A stretch of DNA of 64,000 nucleotides from an uncultured delta proteobacterium (lineage in GTDB: Bacteria; Myxococcota; Myxococcia; Myxococcales; Myxococcaceae). Below are positions 1-9,362 of this stretch, in pieces. The notes under the pieces were generated by a model. It did no database searches. It had not been told where the DNA came from and saw only the letters and a list, made by a program, of their open reading frames with translations. A program made the translations under genes and the position numbers. Positions within the stretch are counted from its first letter, which is position 1, and the number at the start of each line of letters is the position of its first letter. The DNA lies in the NCBI GenBank assembly GCA_963713045.1, contig CAVQKE010000003.1, forward strand, positions 768,001 to 832,000, in the 5' to 3' direction.

Positions 1-696
1 GTCCAGCGTCAGGGTGACGTTGGCGCCCTCGCGGGCCTGAGCGCCGGGCGCGCCGTCGAGCAACACGTTGCGGCCGCGGGCATCGCGAATGCCTTCCACC
101 TTGGTGCCAATGCCGGACAGTTCGTCCTCAAAGGCAAGCTCCAGTCCCTCCAGTCCGTGGCCATCCTTGCCCACCACCCCCAGCACCTGCGCCGCCAGCT
201 CCTTCTGTGGGTAGAAGCGCTTCGGCTCCTTGGTGACGCCCAACCCCGGAACGCCCAGGGCCTGGGCGGCTGCCAGCTCTGGCGGCGTCACCTGGCGCTT
301 GACCCAGGCGAAGCGGTGAGCGCGCGCGAAGCGCTGGGTGAGCTCTGTGGCGTCCAGCCGCAGGACACGGGCCAAGTCCGCCGAGGCCCGAGCCGGGTCC
401 CCCAACTGCGAGGGGTCAATCCACAGCGAGTCCACCTCGACGCTGGAAGCGAGGCTCACTCCGCGACGGTCGAGGATTTCCCCACGGCGGGCTGGGACTT
501 CCGTCTCGCGGGAGGACTGGTCGGAGGCCATCAGCCCAAGCTGGGCGGACTGGAGGACTTGCAGTTGCACCGCCCGCGCCAGCGCCAAGGCAAGGCCCAA
601 CAGCAAAAGGCCGCCCATCATCGCCACGCGCAGCCGCACCCAACGGGTGGCAGCGTCCCCAGCCCCGCGGGCCGGGCTGTAGCCCCCCGTTGCCAT
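1..696 (-). CDS. ftsI: Peptidoglycan transpeptidase FtsI/PBP3, N-terminal part (continues beyond window start)
   Basis: Manual translation from ATG at 696: MATGGYSPARG...TM helix...VQLQV...ARRGEILDRRGVSLASSVEVDSLWIDP...KRFYP..ELAAQVLG..G.DG.GLEGLEL, the class B PBP dimerisation domain; lies directly after ftsL. Confidence 0.93.
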   Translation of the reverse strand, partial: MATGGYSPARGAGDAATRWVRLRVAMMGGLLLLGLALALARAVQLQVLQSAQLGLMASDQSSRETEVPARRGEILDRRGVSLASSVEVDSLWIDPSQLGDPARASADLARVLRLDATELTQRFARAHRFAWVKRQVTPPELAAAQALGVPGLGVTKEPKRFYPQKELAAQVLGVVGKDGHGLEGLELAFEDELSGIGTKVEGIRDARGRNVLLDGAPGAQAREGANVTLTLD

Positions 697-701
697 AGGC
701 T

Positions 702-1079
702 TCAGGGACGACCGGCCACGGCGACGGGCCGGTTGCGCGCGGCGCGTTGGACCGGCCCTGGCCCTGGCTGGGACAGCGCGCTGATGGCGCCCGGTGCAGG
801 TGGGGCCATGCCGAGGCTTTCTCGGGCCAGCCTCTCGAGACGCTCCGAGCGCTTCAGCGTGCCCAACTCCAGCCGCAGCCGGTCATTCTCCAGCAGCAGG
901 GAGCGGTTCTCGCCTTCGAGGTGGCTCAACGTGTAGCCGGTGTCCACCACCTCGGTGCGAGCGGCCACGTGGAGAATGCCGACCGCTGCCACCAGGGCTG
1001 CCACCAGCGCGCCCGGCAGCAGCTGGCGAAGGACGACACCCAGCGTCGGGCGCCGACTGCGGAGCCGGTGGCCGCTCAC
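702..1079 (-). CDS. ftsL: Cell division protein FtsL
   Basis: One TM helix, then a leucine-zipper coiled coil ([38 protein letters not shown]); lies between rsmH and ftsI; GTG start overlaps the rsmH stop (GTGA). Confidence 0.85.
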   Translation of the reverse strand: MSGHRLRSRRPTLGVVLRQLLPGALVAALVAAVGILHVAARTEVVDTGYTLSHLEGENRSLLLENDRLRLELGTLKRSERLERLARESLGMAPPAPGAISALSQPGPGPVQRAARNRPVAVAGRP

Positions 1080-1987
1080 GAGAGTCGCTCCACCGCGCGG
1101 AGCCGGGCGCTGCGAGACCGCGGGTTGTTGGCCACCTCCGCGCCCGAGGCTTTCACCGCCTTGCGCGTCAGCGGGCGGAAGCTTCCACCCGCGCCGCAGA
1201 CGCACACCGGAAGCCCCGGGGGACAGGTGCACCGCCCCTCCAACGCGCGGAAGGCCTGCTTCACCCGGCGGTCCTCCAGCGAATGGAAGCTGATGATGGC
1301 AGCGCGGCCCCCCACCCGAAGCAGCCGCGGAAGGGCCTCCAACAGACGCTCCAGCGCCCCCAACTCATCGTTGACCCAAATGCGGAGGGCCTGGAAGGTG
1401 CGGGTGGCAACGTGGACGCGCTTGGGCCATGCGCGGCGGGGCACCGCCCGCTTCACCGCCTCCACTGCGGTTTGGGTGGTGGTGGGCCGAGCTGCCTTGA
1501 GGGCGCGAGCAATGGGCCGAGCAAAGGGCTCCTCGCCCAGTTCCCTCAGCACCCGGGCCAAGGTGGCTTCGTCGGCGCCGGCGATGGCCTCTGCTGCCGT
1601 CTGGCCCTCGGGCCCCATCCGCATGTCCAACGGGCCGTCGCTCTGAAAGGAAAATCCGCGGGCTGCGTCTTCCAGCTGTGGGCTGCTCACGCCCAAGTCG
1701 GCCAGGACGCCGTCCACCGGCAAGAGGCCGAGGGGCCCAAGCAGCCTTTCGAGGTCCCCGGCGTTGCCGCGCAGGGCGCGAAAGAGAGGGCGGCCCACCA
1801 GCCGCGCGCTCGCCGCGGCCAACGCAGCTGGGTCTCGGTCCACGCCGATGACTTCCGCGCCACGCTCGAGCAGCGCTTCGGCGTGGCCACCGCCGCCGAG
1901 GGTGGCGTCGACAATTCTCTGTCCCGTTCTGGGTGCAAGCACGTCCACCACCTCGTCGCGAAGCACCGTCTGGTGCGCGAACTCCAC
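1076..1987 (-). CDS. rsmH: 16S rRNA m4C1402 methyltransferase RsmH (MraW)
   Basis: [59 protein letters not shown]. Confidence 0.97.
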   Translation of the reverse strand: MEFAHQTVLRDEVVDVLAPRTGQRIVDATLGGGGHAEALLERGAEVIGVDRDPAALAAASARLVGRPLFRALRGNAGDLERLLGPLGLLPVDGVLADLGVSSPQLEDAARGFSFQSDGPLDMRMGPEGQTAAEAIAGADEATLARVLRELGEEPFARPIARALKAARPTTTQTAVEAVKRAVPRRAWPKRVHVATRTFQALRIWVNDELGALERLLEALPRLLRVGGRAAIISFHSLEDRRVKQAFRALEGRCTCPPGLPVCVCGAGGSFRPLTRKAVKASGAEVANNPRSRSARLRAVERLS

Positions 1988-2005
1988 GCTTCTGCCCGGT
2001 CGCGG

Positions 2006-2386
2006 CTACCCGTCCTCGAAGGGGCTGGTCATCGCGGCACGCGCGTCGCTCGCGTCGCGGAACACCTCGAAGGCCCCATCGGCGCCGCCGGCGCGCAGCA
2101 CTGCCTGCAGGTAGGGCGACAAGCCGCACACCTTGAGGTCGCCCCCGGCGTGCCGGAAGGCCGCGGCCCGGGCCGCCAGCGCAGCCACCCCCCGGTAGTC
2201 GAGGTGCTCGACCGCACTGAAGTCGAGCAACACCCAAACGCACGCCTGGTCGAAGAGGCGCACCAGCCGGTCGCCGAGCTCAGCCAGCGCGGCCTGGTCC
2301 AGCTCCCCGCGCAAGCCGAGCGTGGTGTGGCGTAGCCGCAACCGCGAACGCGGACTGCCCGTGGACTTTCTTGCGACGTCGTTCAC
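2006..2386 (-). CDS. STAS-domain (anti-anti-sigma-like) protein
   Basis: LRGELD...[19 protein letters not shown]...[21 protein letters not shown]...FEVF; GTG start overlaps the mraZ stop. Confidence 0.85.
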   Translation of the reverse strand: MNDVARKSTGSPRSRLRLRHTTLGLRGELDQAALAELGDRLVRLFDQACVWVLLDFSAVEHLDYRGVAALAARAAAFRHAGGDLKVCGLSPYLQAVLRAGGADGAFEVFRDASDARAAMTSPFEDG

Positions 2387-2847
2387 GTCTGCTCCTTGCC
2401 GTGGCGCAGCTCGGTGAGCACGCGCATCACGTCCTGAGAATCCACACCCGAGCGGGCCTCGGCCTGCGCCTGGCCCCATCCCTCGCGGCTCCACAACTCA
2501 ATGACGCGCACCATTCCCGCCCACACCACGTCCTTCTCCAGCTGGGCGTGCGCGCGCAGCGAGGGTGGGATGAGAAGCCGGCCCAGCCGGTCCAACGGGC
2601 ACTCCTGGGCCGGGGCGACGTACAACCGCATCAGCGTTTTCACGCCGGGCTCCATGGGGTTGCGGTCGGCCAGTGTGGATTCGAGGCGCTCCCACTCCCG
2701 CACCGGGTAGGCGTGCAGGCAGCGGTCCAGGGCCGTGGTGAGAATGAGGCGGTCGTCGTAGCTGCCGAGCAGCGTCTCGCGGAGGCGCGCCGGGAGGCTG
2801 GTTCTCCCCTTCGCGTCGATTTGGTGGTCGAAGACGCCCCGAAACAT
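2383..2847 (-). CDS. mraZ: Division/cell wall cluster transcriptional repressor MraZ
   Basis: [19 protein letters not shown]...[21 protein letters not shown]...IELWS (two SpoVT/AbrB repeats). Confidence 0.96.
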   Translation of the reverse strand: MFRGVFDHQIDAKGRTSLPARLRETLLGSYDDRLILTTALDRCLHAYPVREWERLESTLADRNPMEPGVKTLMRLYVAPAQECPLDRLGRLLIPPSLRAHAQLEKDVVWAGMVRVIELWSREGWGQAQAEARSGVDSQDVMRVLTELRHGKEQT

Positions 2848-2886
2848 GGGTACACGGCCCGTCCTGGGTAAGGGGGTACGGCTGAT

Positions 2887-2920
2887 CCGCTCCTTACCAC
2901 TTCTTACCACTCCCGGCCAA
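2887..2920 (-). promoter_or_regulatory. Putative MraZ operator: GTGG-type direct repeats at 10-bp period
   Basis: Minus strand reads TTGG-N6-GTGG-N6-GTGG-N6-GCGG (GTGGTAAGAA GTGGTAAGGA GCGG), 40-73 bp upstream of mraZ; matches the known repeat architecture of MraZ sites. Confidence 0.75.
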
Positions 2921-2985
2921 AAGCAGAAAATCCATCCATGGCTCCGCCTTGTCTTTCGCCCGCCACCACGAGAGCTTGGAAAGCC

Positions 2986-3684
2986 ATGGAACCCGTGCGG
3001 CTCCGCGTGTCCTACCGGAGCCCCACCTCGCTGCTGCAGGCGTTCACCCGGAGCGTCGGGAAGGGCGGGGTTTCGCTGCCCAGCCGCAAGCCCCTCGAGC
3101 GAGGAACCCGCTTCGTCTTCGAGTTGGTCGCCCCGGACGTGCATGAGCCGGTGGAGGTCACCGGCGAAGTGGTGGAGGTGCGCTCGGCGGCCAACGGTGA
3201 ATACGTCCTGGGCATCCGCTACCTGCCGGGACGGAGCCGGCGTGGGTTGGACGCGGTGCTCAGTCGCCTCTTTGAATTGCACCGCGACGAGCAGGTCCGC
3301 CGCTACCCCCGCGTCCCGGTGCACCTGCGAGCGCAGGAGAATTCCGGACTGGTGACGCTGTGGAGTGTGCGCGACTTGTCGCGAGGTGGCGCCGGCGTTG
3401 AGTTGGAGGCCGGGGACTTGCCGTCCCGCGCGCAGATGGGCTCACCGGTGCTGATTGAAGTCTGGCTGGATTCGGGCAGCATTCTCCTCCACGGCGAGGT
3501 GGTGTGGATGACGGCCGGAAGCGCCCGCCCCCGAATGCCGCCGGCGCTCGGCATTAGCTTCGGCCGACTGCTGCCGGACACCCTGCGCGCGCTCGACCGC
3601 GTGCTGGTGCTGGACGGCTTCCCAGCCGGCCCCTGGAAGGCCGAGCTGCGCTTCGGGCTTCATGCCGTGGAGCGCATGCCGTAG
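2986..3684 (+). CDS. Tandem PilZ-domain protein (myxobacterial type)
   Basis: N-terminal degenerate PilZ (TRSVGKGG...VTGEVV), C-terminal PilZ with RRYPR and DLSRGG. Confidence 0.85.
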   Translation: MEPVRLRVSYRSPTSLLQAFTRSVGKGGVSLPSRKPLERGTRFVFELVAPDVHEPVEVTGEVVEVRSAANGEYVLGIRYLPGRSRRGLDAVLSRLFELHRDEQVRRYPRVPVHLRAQENSGLVTLWSVRDLSRGGAGVELEAGDLPSRAQMGSPVLIEVWLDSGSILLHGEVVWMTAGSARPRMPPALGISFGRLLPDTLRALDRVLVLDGFPAGPWKAELRFGLHAVERMP

Positions 3685-3793
3685 GGCTGAAATCCGCTTC
3701 GGGGCGTGGCGTCTGGAATTCCGCCGGGGGTACCCCTGCTGGACGACGCCCCGGCAGACGCCCGGACGCGCTAGCCTTCTTCGTCGAAAAGCC

Positions 3794-3928
3794 GTGCAGC
3801 TGGCCACTCCACCTCCGCTTTCCAGTGCCGTGTCGGCCCGCCGAGGACGGAGGTGGTGGGTGCTGGGCCTCGTGTGGTGGGCCCTCTTCCTGGCCGTGTT
3901 GGTGGTGGCCGTGCGCGAATGCGGCTGA
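3794..3928 (+). CDS. Possible small single-pass membrane protein
   Basis: Basic patch plus hydrophobic stretch (RRGRRWWVLGLVWWALFLAVLVVAV); start uncertain. Confidence 0.35.
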   Translation: MQLATPPPLSSAVSARRGRRWWVLGLVWWALFLAVLVVAVRECG

Positions 3929-3965
3929 CGTGGCGGGGACGCCCGGGTGACGTTGCCGTCCCGGT

Positions 3966-4364
3966 TCAGCGAGCGTCGGGCAGTGTGAAGTCGAAGTCGT
4001 AGAAATGCTGTCCCTCGACAATCCGGATGCCCATCGCACCCGACAGGCCCACCAGCCCTCCGGAGCCCGTGTCTGGCACGACGGTGATGCTCAGCTGGGA
4101 AGCCGTCTTCGACATGGTCCCGGAGTGTTGGAGCACGAAGCTGCCGCGATGCCCGCCGAGCGTCCCAGTCACGCGCTCGACGGCCACGTAGCCGGCAGAA
4201 CCCGAGGCTTCGGCGACAGCACTGAGCATCTGGCCTTGGCTGGCGGCTTCCAGCGCGCCGTGAAACTGCTTGTCGATGGACAGCCGGCCCAGGGTCGAAC
4301 CGTTGGCCCGCTCCTCTGGGCCTTGTGGCGTCAACTTCACTTCAAATGGTCCGCTGACATGCAT
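3966..4364 (-). CDS. DUF3224 family beta-barrel protein
   Basis: GPFEVKLTP...IDKQFHGALEA.S.GQML...GSAGYVAVERVTGTL.G..GSFVLQH.G...VVPDTGSG.L.GLSG; GAGGAG RBS. Confidence 0.85.
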   Translation of the reverse strand: MHVSGPFEVKLTPQGPEERANGSTLGRLSIDKQFHGALEAASQGQMLSAVAEASGSAGYVAVERVTGTLGGHRGSFVLQHSGTMSKTASQLSITVVPDTGSGGLVGLSGAMGIRIVEGQHFYDFDFTLPDAR

Positions 4365-4507
4365 GTTTGCCCGCTCCTCACTCGCTCCCCGCTGACAACC
4401 GTGGAGATGGGAACGGCCATAGTCCGGCCAACCGCAATCCGGCTTGTAAAAATGCGACACCCGCTGGACGCTTTCCAAAGAAGCCGTTGAGAGGCCCGCC
4501 CCCTGAG

Positions 4508-5293
4508 GTGTCCCGAGGAGTCCTGTCACCGCCCGCCGATGCGGCGGGAGTTGCCTACCAGCGCGTTGCCCCGCGTCCGGAGCTGGCCCCTTTCATCGCG
4601 CATTTCTGGATGGTGCACTGGGACCGTCGAGGAAAGTCGGCCTTCCTCGCCGAGACGCTTCCGCACCCCTGCGTGCAGCTCCTCTTCGAGCGAGGCCGCG
4701 CCCTGGTGGCTGGCGTCCAGACGCGCCTCTTCCGCCGGCGGCTGCAAGGTCAAGGCCGCGTCTTTGGCATCAAGTTCCGCCCGGCGGCCTTCCACCCCGT
4801 GCTGCGAGCGCCTCTGTCACGGCTTCGAGACCGCGTGGTGGGCCTGGCTTCGGTCTTCGGCCCAGACAGCGACCCCTGGAAGAAGGCCCTCCTCGAAGCA
4901 AGCGACGTCCAACGCTGCGTCGCGCTTGCCGAGGGCTTCCTTCAAGAACGACTCCCGGCGATGCCTCCGGAAACGACTGAACTGCGGGACCTGGTCGAGC
5001 GCCTCGCCTGGGACACCCGCGTTGCTCGGGTCCAAGAGGCGGCGGCTCTCGTCGGTCTGGACGTGCGCAGCCTGCAGCGCCGTTTTGACCGCGCGGTGGG
5101 CGTCAGCCCGAAGTGGGTGCTTCAGCGCTACCGTCTTCACCAAGCGGCCGAACAACTGACGCGGGCACCCACTGCGGATGGGGCAAGCATCGCGCTCGAA
5201 CTCGGCTACTTCGATCAGTCGCACTTCATCCACAGCTTTAAGGCCGCCGTCGGCCGACCTCCAGGTCAGCACAGCCGGGGGCGTCGCTCCTGA
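4508..5293 (+). CDS. AraC family transcriptional regulator
   Basis: RSLQRRF.RAVGVSPKW...RL...IALELGYFDQSHFIHSFKAAVGRPP; divergent from the DUF3224 gene; start uncertain. Confidence 0.92.
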   Translation: MSRGVLSPPADAAGVAYQRVAPRPELAPFIAHFWMVHWDRRGKSAFLAETLPHPCVQLLFERGRALVAGVQTRLFRRRLQGQGRVFGIKFRPAAFHPVLRAPLSRLRDRVVGLASVFGPDSDPWKKALLEASDVQRCVALAEGFLQERLPAMPPETTELRDLVERLAWDTRVARVQEAAALVGLDVRSLQRRFDRAVGVSPKWVLQRYRLHQAAEQLTRAPTADGASIALELGYFDQSHFIHSFKAAVGRPPGQHSRGRRS

Positions 5294-5302
5294 GGAGCGC
5301 CC

Positions 5303-7108
5303 TTACCCGACTGCCGCCGGGTAACCCCCGGCGGTCTCGATGGCCTGCACCACCGTCTCCCGCAGCGTCGCCGGCGAATAAGGACGGAATTGGGTGAGGG
5401 GCGCAATGCGGTTGAGGAGCTGCTCGAGCGCAGGGCCTTCGGCGCAGGCACACAGCGCGCGCCGGGTCCGCTCAATCCCCCGCGCGTGCGCTTCGACGGC
5501 GAAGGCCGCCGTCAGGGCCACCCGCACAGGCTCGAGGCCGCCCGGGCCAGCCGCCTGCCGTGTCCGGGTCACCATCGAGTCCACCGCGTAGGCGTCGATG
5601 ATGACGTCCGACACTGCACCCAGCACTTCCTGGTGCTGCTCCTGCGCGGTGCCGAAGGCTTCGACCGCCGCCTTGAGGGCGGCCATGGCGAGCCACTTGA
5701 GAGACTCAGCCGTGTGCGCCGCAGCACCCAGGGCGTCGCGGCCGGCCGGTGCTGGACCGCTCTTGCCAGCCAGGGCGCGTTCCACCGCTTCGGCGTGCGC
5801 AAACAACGGCAGGCCTCCCTTCGCGGCGCGCTTGAGCAGCATGCCGGTCACCAGCATCCGGTTGATTTCGTTGGTTCCTTCAAAAATGCGGTTGATGCGT
5901 GCATCGCGGTAGGCGCGCTCCACCGGATAGTCCTCGATGAAGCCGGCGCCCCCGTGAATTTGCACTGCGTCGTCCACGACCTGCCCCAAGGCCTCGCTGC
6001 CGGCCACCTTCAGGATGGAGGCCTCCACCGCAAACTCCTCCTGGGCGGCGATTGTTTTCGCGTCGTAGTCGTCGGCCGAGCGGTCTGCGTTGGCCAGCGC
6101 CGCGTCGATGAGGCCCGACGTGCGGTAGCACATCGACTCCACCGCGTAGATGGAGCCGGCCATGCGTGCGAACTTCTCGCGCAGCAGGGGAAACTTCAAA
6201 ATCGCGGTATTGAATTGCTTGCGTTCGGCAGCGAAGCGCACCGCATTCTGCAGCTGCTGTTTCATGCCCCCCAGGACAGCCGCTCCCAGCTTCAGCCGAC
6301 CGAGGTTGAGAATGTTGAAGGCGATTTTGTGCCCCTTCCCAATCTCCCCGAGGACGTTCTCCACCGGGATGCGCGCATCCTCGAAATACAGCGGACAGGT
6401 GGAGGAGCCGCGAATGCCCATCTTGTGCTCCTCCGGACCCACCGTGAACCCGGGCGTGCCGCGCTCCACCACGAAGCCGGTGAATTTGTCCCCATCCACC
6501 TTGGCAAAGACGACGAAGACGTCGGCGAAGGCGGCGTTGGTGATGTAGAGCTTGCTACCATTCAGCACCCAGGACTTCCCGTCCGCCGACTTGACCGCCT
6601 TGGTCTTCGCGCCGAGCGCGTCCGAGCCACTGCCCTGCTCGGTCAAAGCATAGGCGGCCAGTTTCTGGCCGCTGGCGAGGGCCGGAAGCCAGCGCCGCTT
6701 TTGCTCCGGAGTGCCAAACCAGGCGATGGGCAGCGTGCCAATCCCGGTGTGGGCACTGAAGGTCACGCTCCAACTGCCATTCAGCCCGTTGGCCTCGGCC
6801 ACCAGCATCGACGTCGTCTTGGCCGCCTGAAGGCCGCCATAGGCCTCCGGGAGGTCGAGCCCGAGGAGGCCAAGCTCCCCCGCCTGCCGCAACAAGGACA
6901 CCAGCAGCGCATTGTCCTTCGCCTCGATGGCCGCCGCCCGTGGCAGCACCTGCTCCCGGCAAAACTGCAGCGCCGTCTTCCAATACAGTCGCTGCTCCTC
7001 GCTCAGCGACTCGGGCGTGGTGATGGGGCGGTGACCCACTTCCTCGAGGAGGAAGCCCCCCCCCAGCGAGTGGGCCAGCGACGCGGTGGGCTCAAGCACG
7101 GCAGCCAT
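5303..7108 (-). CDS. Acyl-CoA dehydrogenase (long form, FadE/ACAD9-like)
   Basis: YALTEQGSGSDA, LNGSKLYITN, KMGIRGSST, R.QF, QIHGGAGFIEDY.VER.YRDARINRIFEGTNEI. Confidence 0.95.
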   Translation of the reverse strand: MAAVLEPTASLAHSLGGGFLLEEVGHRPITTPESLSEEQRLYWKTALQFCREQVLPRAAAIEAKDNALLVSLLRQAGELGLLGLDLPEAYGGLQAAKTTSMLVAEANGLNGSWSVTFSAHTGIGTLPIAWFGTPEQKRRWLPALASGQKLAAYALTEQGSGSDALGAKTKAVKSADGKSWVLNGSKLYITNAAFADVFVVFAKVDGDKFTGFVVERGTPGFTVGPEEHKMGIRGSSTCPLYFEDARIPVENVLGEIGKGHKIAFNILNLGRLKLGAAVLGGMKQQLQNAVRFAAERKQFNTAILKFPLLREKFARMAGSIYAVESMCYRTSGLIDAALANADRSADDYDAKTIAAQEEFAVEASILKVAGSEALGQVVDDAVQIHGGAGFIEDYPVERAYRDARINRIFEGTNEINRMLVTGMLLKRAAKGGLPLFAHAEAVERALAGKSGPAPAGRDALGAAAHTAESLKWLAMAALKAAVEAFGTAQEQHQEVLGAVSDVIIDAYAVDSMVTRTRQAAGPGGLEPVRVALTAAFAVEAHARGIERTRRALCACAEGPALEQLLNRIAPLTQFRPYSPATLRETVVQAIETAGGYPAAVG

Positions 7109-7151
7109 GGGCACCTCTAGGGACTGACTTGGATGTCAACCGACACGCCTC

Positions 7152-7958
7152 TTAACGCGAGGCCGGCCCCCCGCGCCATCCGGACGGGCGCGGGTACACC
7201 AGGCACAGGGAGGTAAACAGAGGGTGGCCTGCAGCTTCCCAAGCCGCCGTCAGCACCGAGGCAGTCTCACGCAACTCGGTTCCAAAGGAGGGCACCACGC
7301 AGAGGGCGTCGGCCTGTGGAAACCGGCTCTTCAGCCGCTCCATCCCTTCGCGGGCCAGCGCGACGTCCAGCTGACCGCCGCGGCGCGGCACGGTGGGTCC
7401 ATTGGCATCGCCCCCGGGAAGCTTCCCCACGTTACTCACCAGCTCAAGCCCGTCCTGTCGCTGGATGATGCGCAGCGCGCCCTGCTCGGGCTGGTGCAAC
7501 CAAGCGGCGAACGCAGGCCCATCGCGCAGCGAAAGGTGGAAGGCCACCTGGCCGCTGGGGTGAAGCAGCCAAGTCTGGGTGCCTCCGTCATCCAACGCAG
7601 CAAGCAGTGGGGCGAGCTGCGCCAGGTACGTCGTGGCGTCCGGGACCAGCAACGCCGGGGCGTGACCGACCGCCGCCAGAAGGCCGGCGCGACCCTCGGC
7701 GGTGTCGACGCTGAAGTGGGCGCCTCCCAGTTGCACCGAGTTGCCGGCCAGCTTGAGGCGGACGGCGCCCGCCGGGATGGCATCGCCCCAGACCGGCGCC
7801 GCCTCCACCTGGTAGGCGGCCTCACGTCCGGCGCCGGGCGGCACGCTGGCCTGCAACGGGGCCAGCGGCGCAGGCGCAAGCGCCTTCAAGGGTGGCGACG
7901 CCTCTTGCCGCTGACAGCCAAGCAGCGCCACCCAACCGAAGAGACACCAAGCGCGCAT
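7152..7958 (-). CDS. Putative lipoprotein, possibly with two ExbD/TolR-like alpha/beta domains
   Basis: Signal peptide with lipobox LLGC and a Pro/Ala linker; the domain call is weak. Confidence 0.65.
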   Translation of the reverse strand: MRAWCLFGWVALLGCQRQEASPPLKALAPAPLAPLQASVPPGAGREAAYQVEAAPVWGDAIPAGAVRLKLAGNSVQLGGAHFSVDTAEGRAGLLAAVGHAPALLVPDATTYLAQLAPLLAALDDGGTQTWLLHPSGQVAFHLSLRDGPAFAAWLHQPEQGALRIIQRQDGLELVSNVGKLPGGDANGPTVPRRGGQLDVALAREGMERLKSRFPQADALCVVPSFGTELRETASVLTAAWEAAGHPLFTSLCLVYPRPSGWRGGPASR

Positions 7959-8113
7959 CTCGCGGCAGCAGTGTAGGCGGTTGAAGCCGTTCCACCGCAA
8001 GCGGAACGCCCGAAATTGGGCGACTCGGAATTTCGGGCGCTTGCTCAACTGCTTCGGGGCACACGCACCACCCGGCCGGGCGCCCCGTGCCCTGCGTGTT
8101 ACGCTCGCGGACC

Positions 8114-9211
8114 ATGCCGGAAACGCCGTTCGCGTTCGGTCGCTACCAGCTTTTGGAGCGCCTCGCCGTGGGCGGGATGGCCGAGCTGTACCGGGCGCGT
8201 AGCGTGGCGGCTGCCGGCGTCAGCAAAGCGGTGGTGGTGAAGAAAATCCTCCCGGCCTTTGCCGGCCAGCGCGACTTCGTCCGGATGTTCATCAACGAGG
8301 CGAAAATTGCTGTCTCGCTGAGCCACGCCAACATCGCCCAAGTGTTCGACTTCGGCGAAGTCGACGGCGAGTACTACCTGGCCATGGAATATGTGCGCGG
8401 CCAGCCCCTCTCTAAAGTCATCCGGCGCGCACACGCCCTTGGCCTTCCGTGGCTGCCGGAGGAATACGCCGACTTCATCGCGATGGAGATGAGCAAGGGG
8501 CTGCAGTACGCACACAGCCGCACCGACGAGCTTCACCAGCCCCTCCACATCATCCACCGCGACGTCTCTCCCCAAAACGTCATCATCGGCTACGAGGGGG
8601 AGGTCAAACTGGTGGACTTCGGCATCGCCCGTGCTCGGGGTGCGACGGACTCCGAGCTGCGGGAAGGCGCGGTGAAGGGCAAATACCCTTACTTCTCCCC
8701 GGAGCAGGCCCGCGGCGACGAGGTGGACTTACGCACCGACGTCTACGCCACCGGCGTCGTCCTCTACCAGATGTGCTGCGGCCGCCTCCCCCACGAGGGG
8801 AAAATGGTGCAGACCATGCAGAGCATCCTGCGCGGACAATTCCCCGCGCCGCAGGCACTCAATCCGGGCCTCTCGCCAGAGCTGGAGAGCATCATCCTCA
8901 CCGCCATGGCCTTCTCGGCGCAGGGCCGCTACCCCAGCGCCGACGGGCTGGGGCACGCACTGGCCGACCACCTCCACCACACCGGGGTGCGCGTTTCCAG
9001 CCGCACCCTCGGTGAACTGATGTCCTTCCTCTTCGAGGCGGAACTGCGGGCCGACGGCGTCGAGCTACACCCGTCGCGCCGCGTCCTCGAGCAGCTGCCC
9101 AACTGGCGCCGGGGCGGCCCTCCGACCGCTGCGGACACCGAGACAAGCCACACCCTTTCGGCGCCCACCGCACCCGCGGAGAGCGTGGTGCGTCGGCCTG
9201 GAGCTTCCTGA
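8114..9211 (+). CDS. Hanks-type Ser/Thr protein kinase, cytoplasmic
   Basis: GGMAELY, VVKK, HRDVSPQNV, DFGIA, KGKYPYFSPEQ, DVYATG; no TM segment. Confidence 0.95.
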   Translation: MPETPFAFGRYQLLERLAVGGMAELYRARSVAAAGVSKAVVVKKILPAFAGQRDFVRMFINEAKIAVSLSHANIAQVFDFGEVDGEYYLAMEYVRGQPLSKVIRRAHALGLPWLPEEYADFIAMEMSKGLQYAHSRTDELHQPLHIIHRDVSPQNVIIGYEGEVKLVDFGIARARGATDSELREGAVKGKYPYFSPEQARGDEVDLRTDVYATGVVLYQMCCGRLPHEGKMVQTMQSILRGQFPAPQALNPGLSPELESIILTAMAFSAQGRYPSADGLGHALADHLHHTGVRVSSRTLGELMSFLFEAELRADGVELHPSRRVLEQLPNWRRGGPPTAADTETSHTLSAPTAPAESVVRRPGAS

Positions 9212-9362
9212 AGGCTGGGCCCCAGGCGCTTGCGCCGGCCTGACCTGGTCCAGCGGGTGACTTTCTTCGCCGGCGGTGTTTTCGGCGCCAAAGGGGGCCT
9301 TCAGGGCAGCCACCCTAGGCATGGCGGGGCCGCAGCCGATGGTGTAGGAAGCCGGGCCCGAC

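Noticed and set aside
3966..5293. DUF3224 plus AraC pair as a mobile cassette
   Set aside because: Common divergent regulator-target pair with no mobility signatures
5390..7120. Long antisense or alternate-frame ORFs (e.g. 5390-7120+, 21791-23179-, 30852-33365+, 49321-50850+, 53347-55047+)
   Set aside because: Shadow ORFs of real genes in high-GC DNA; no recognisable motifs
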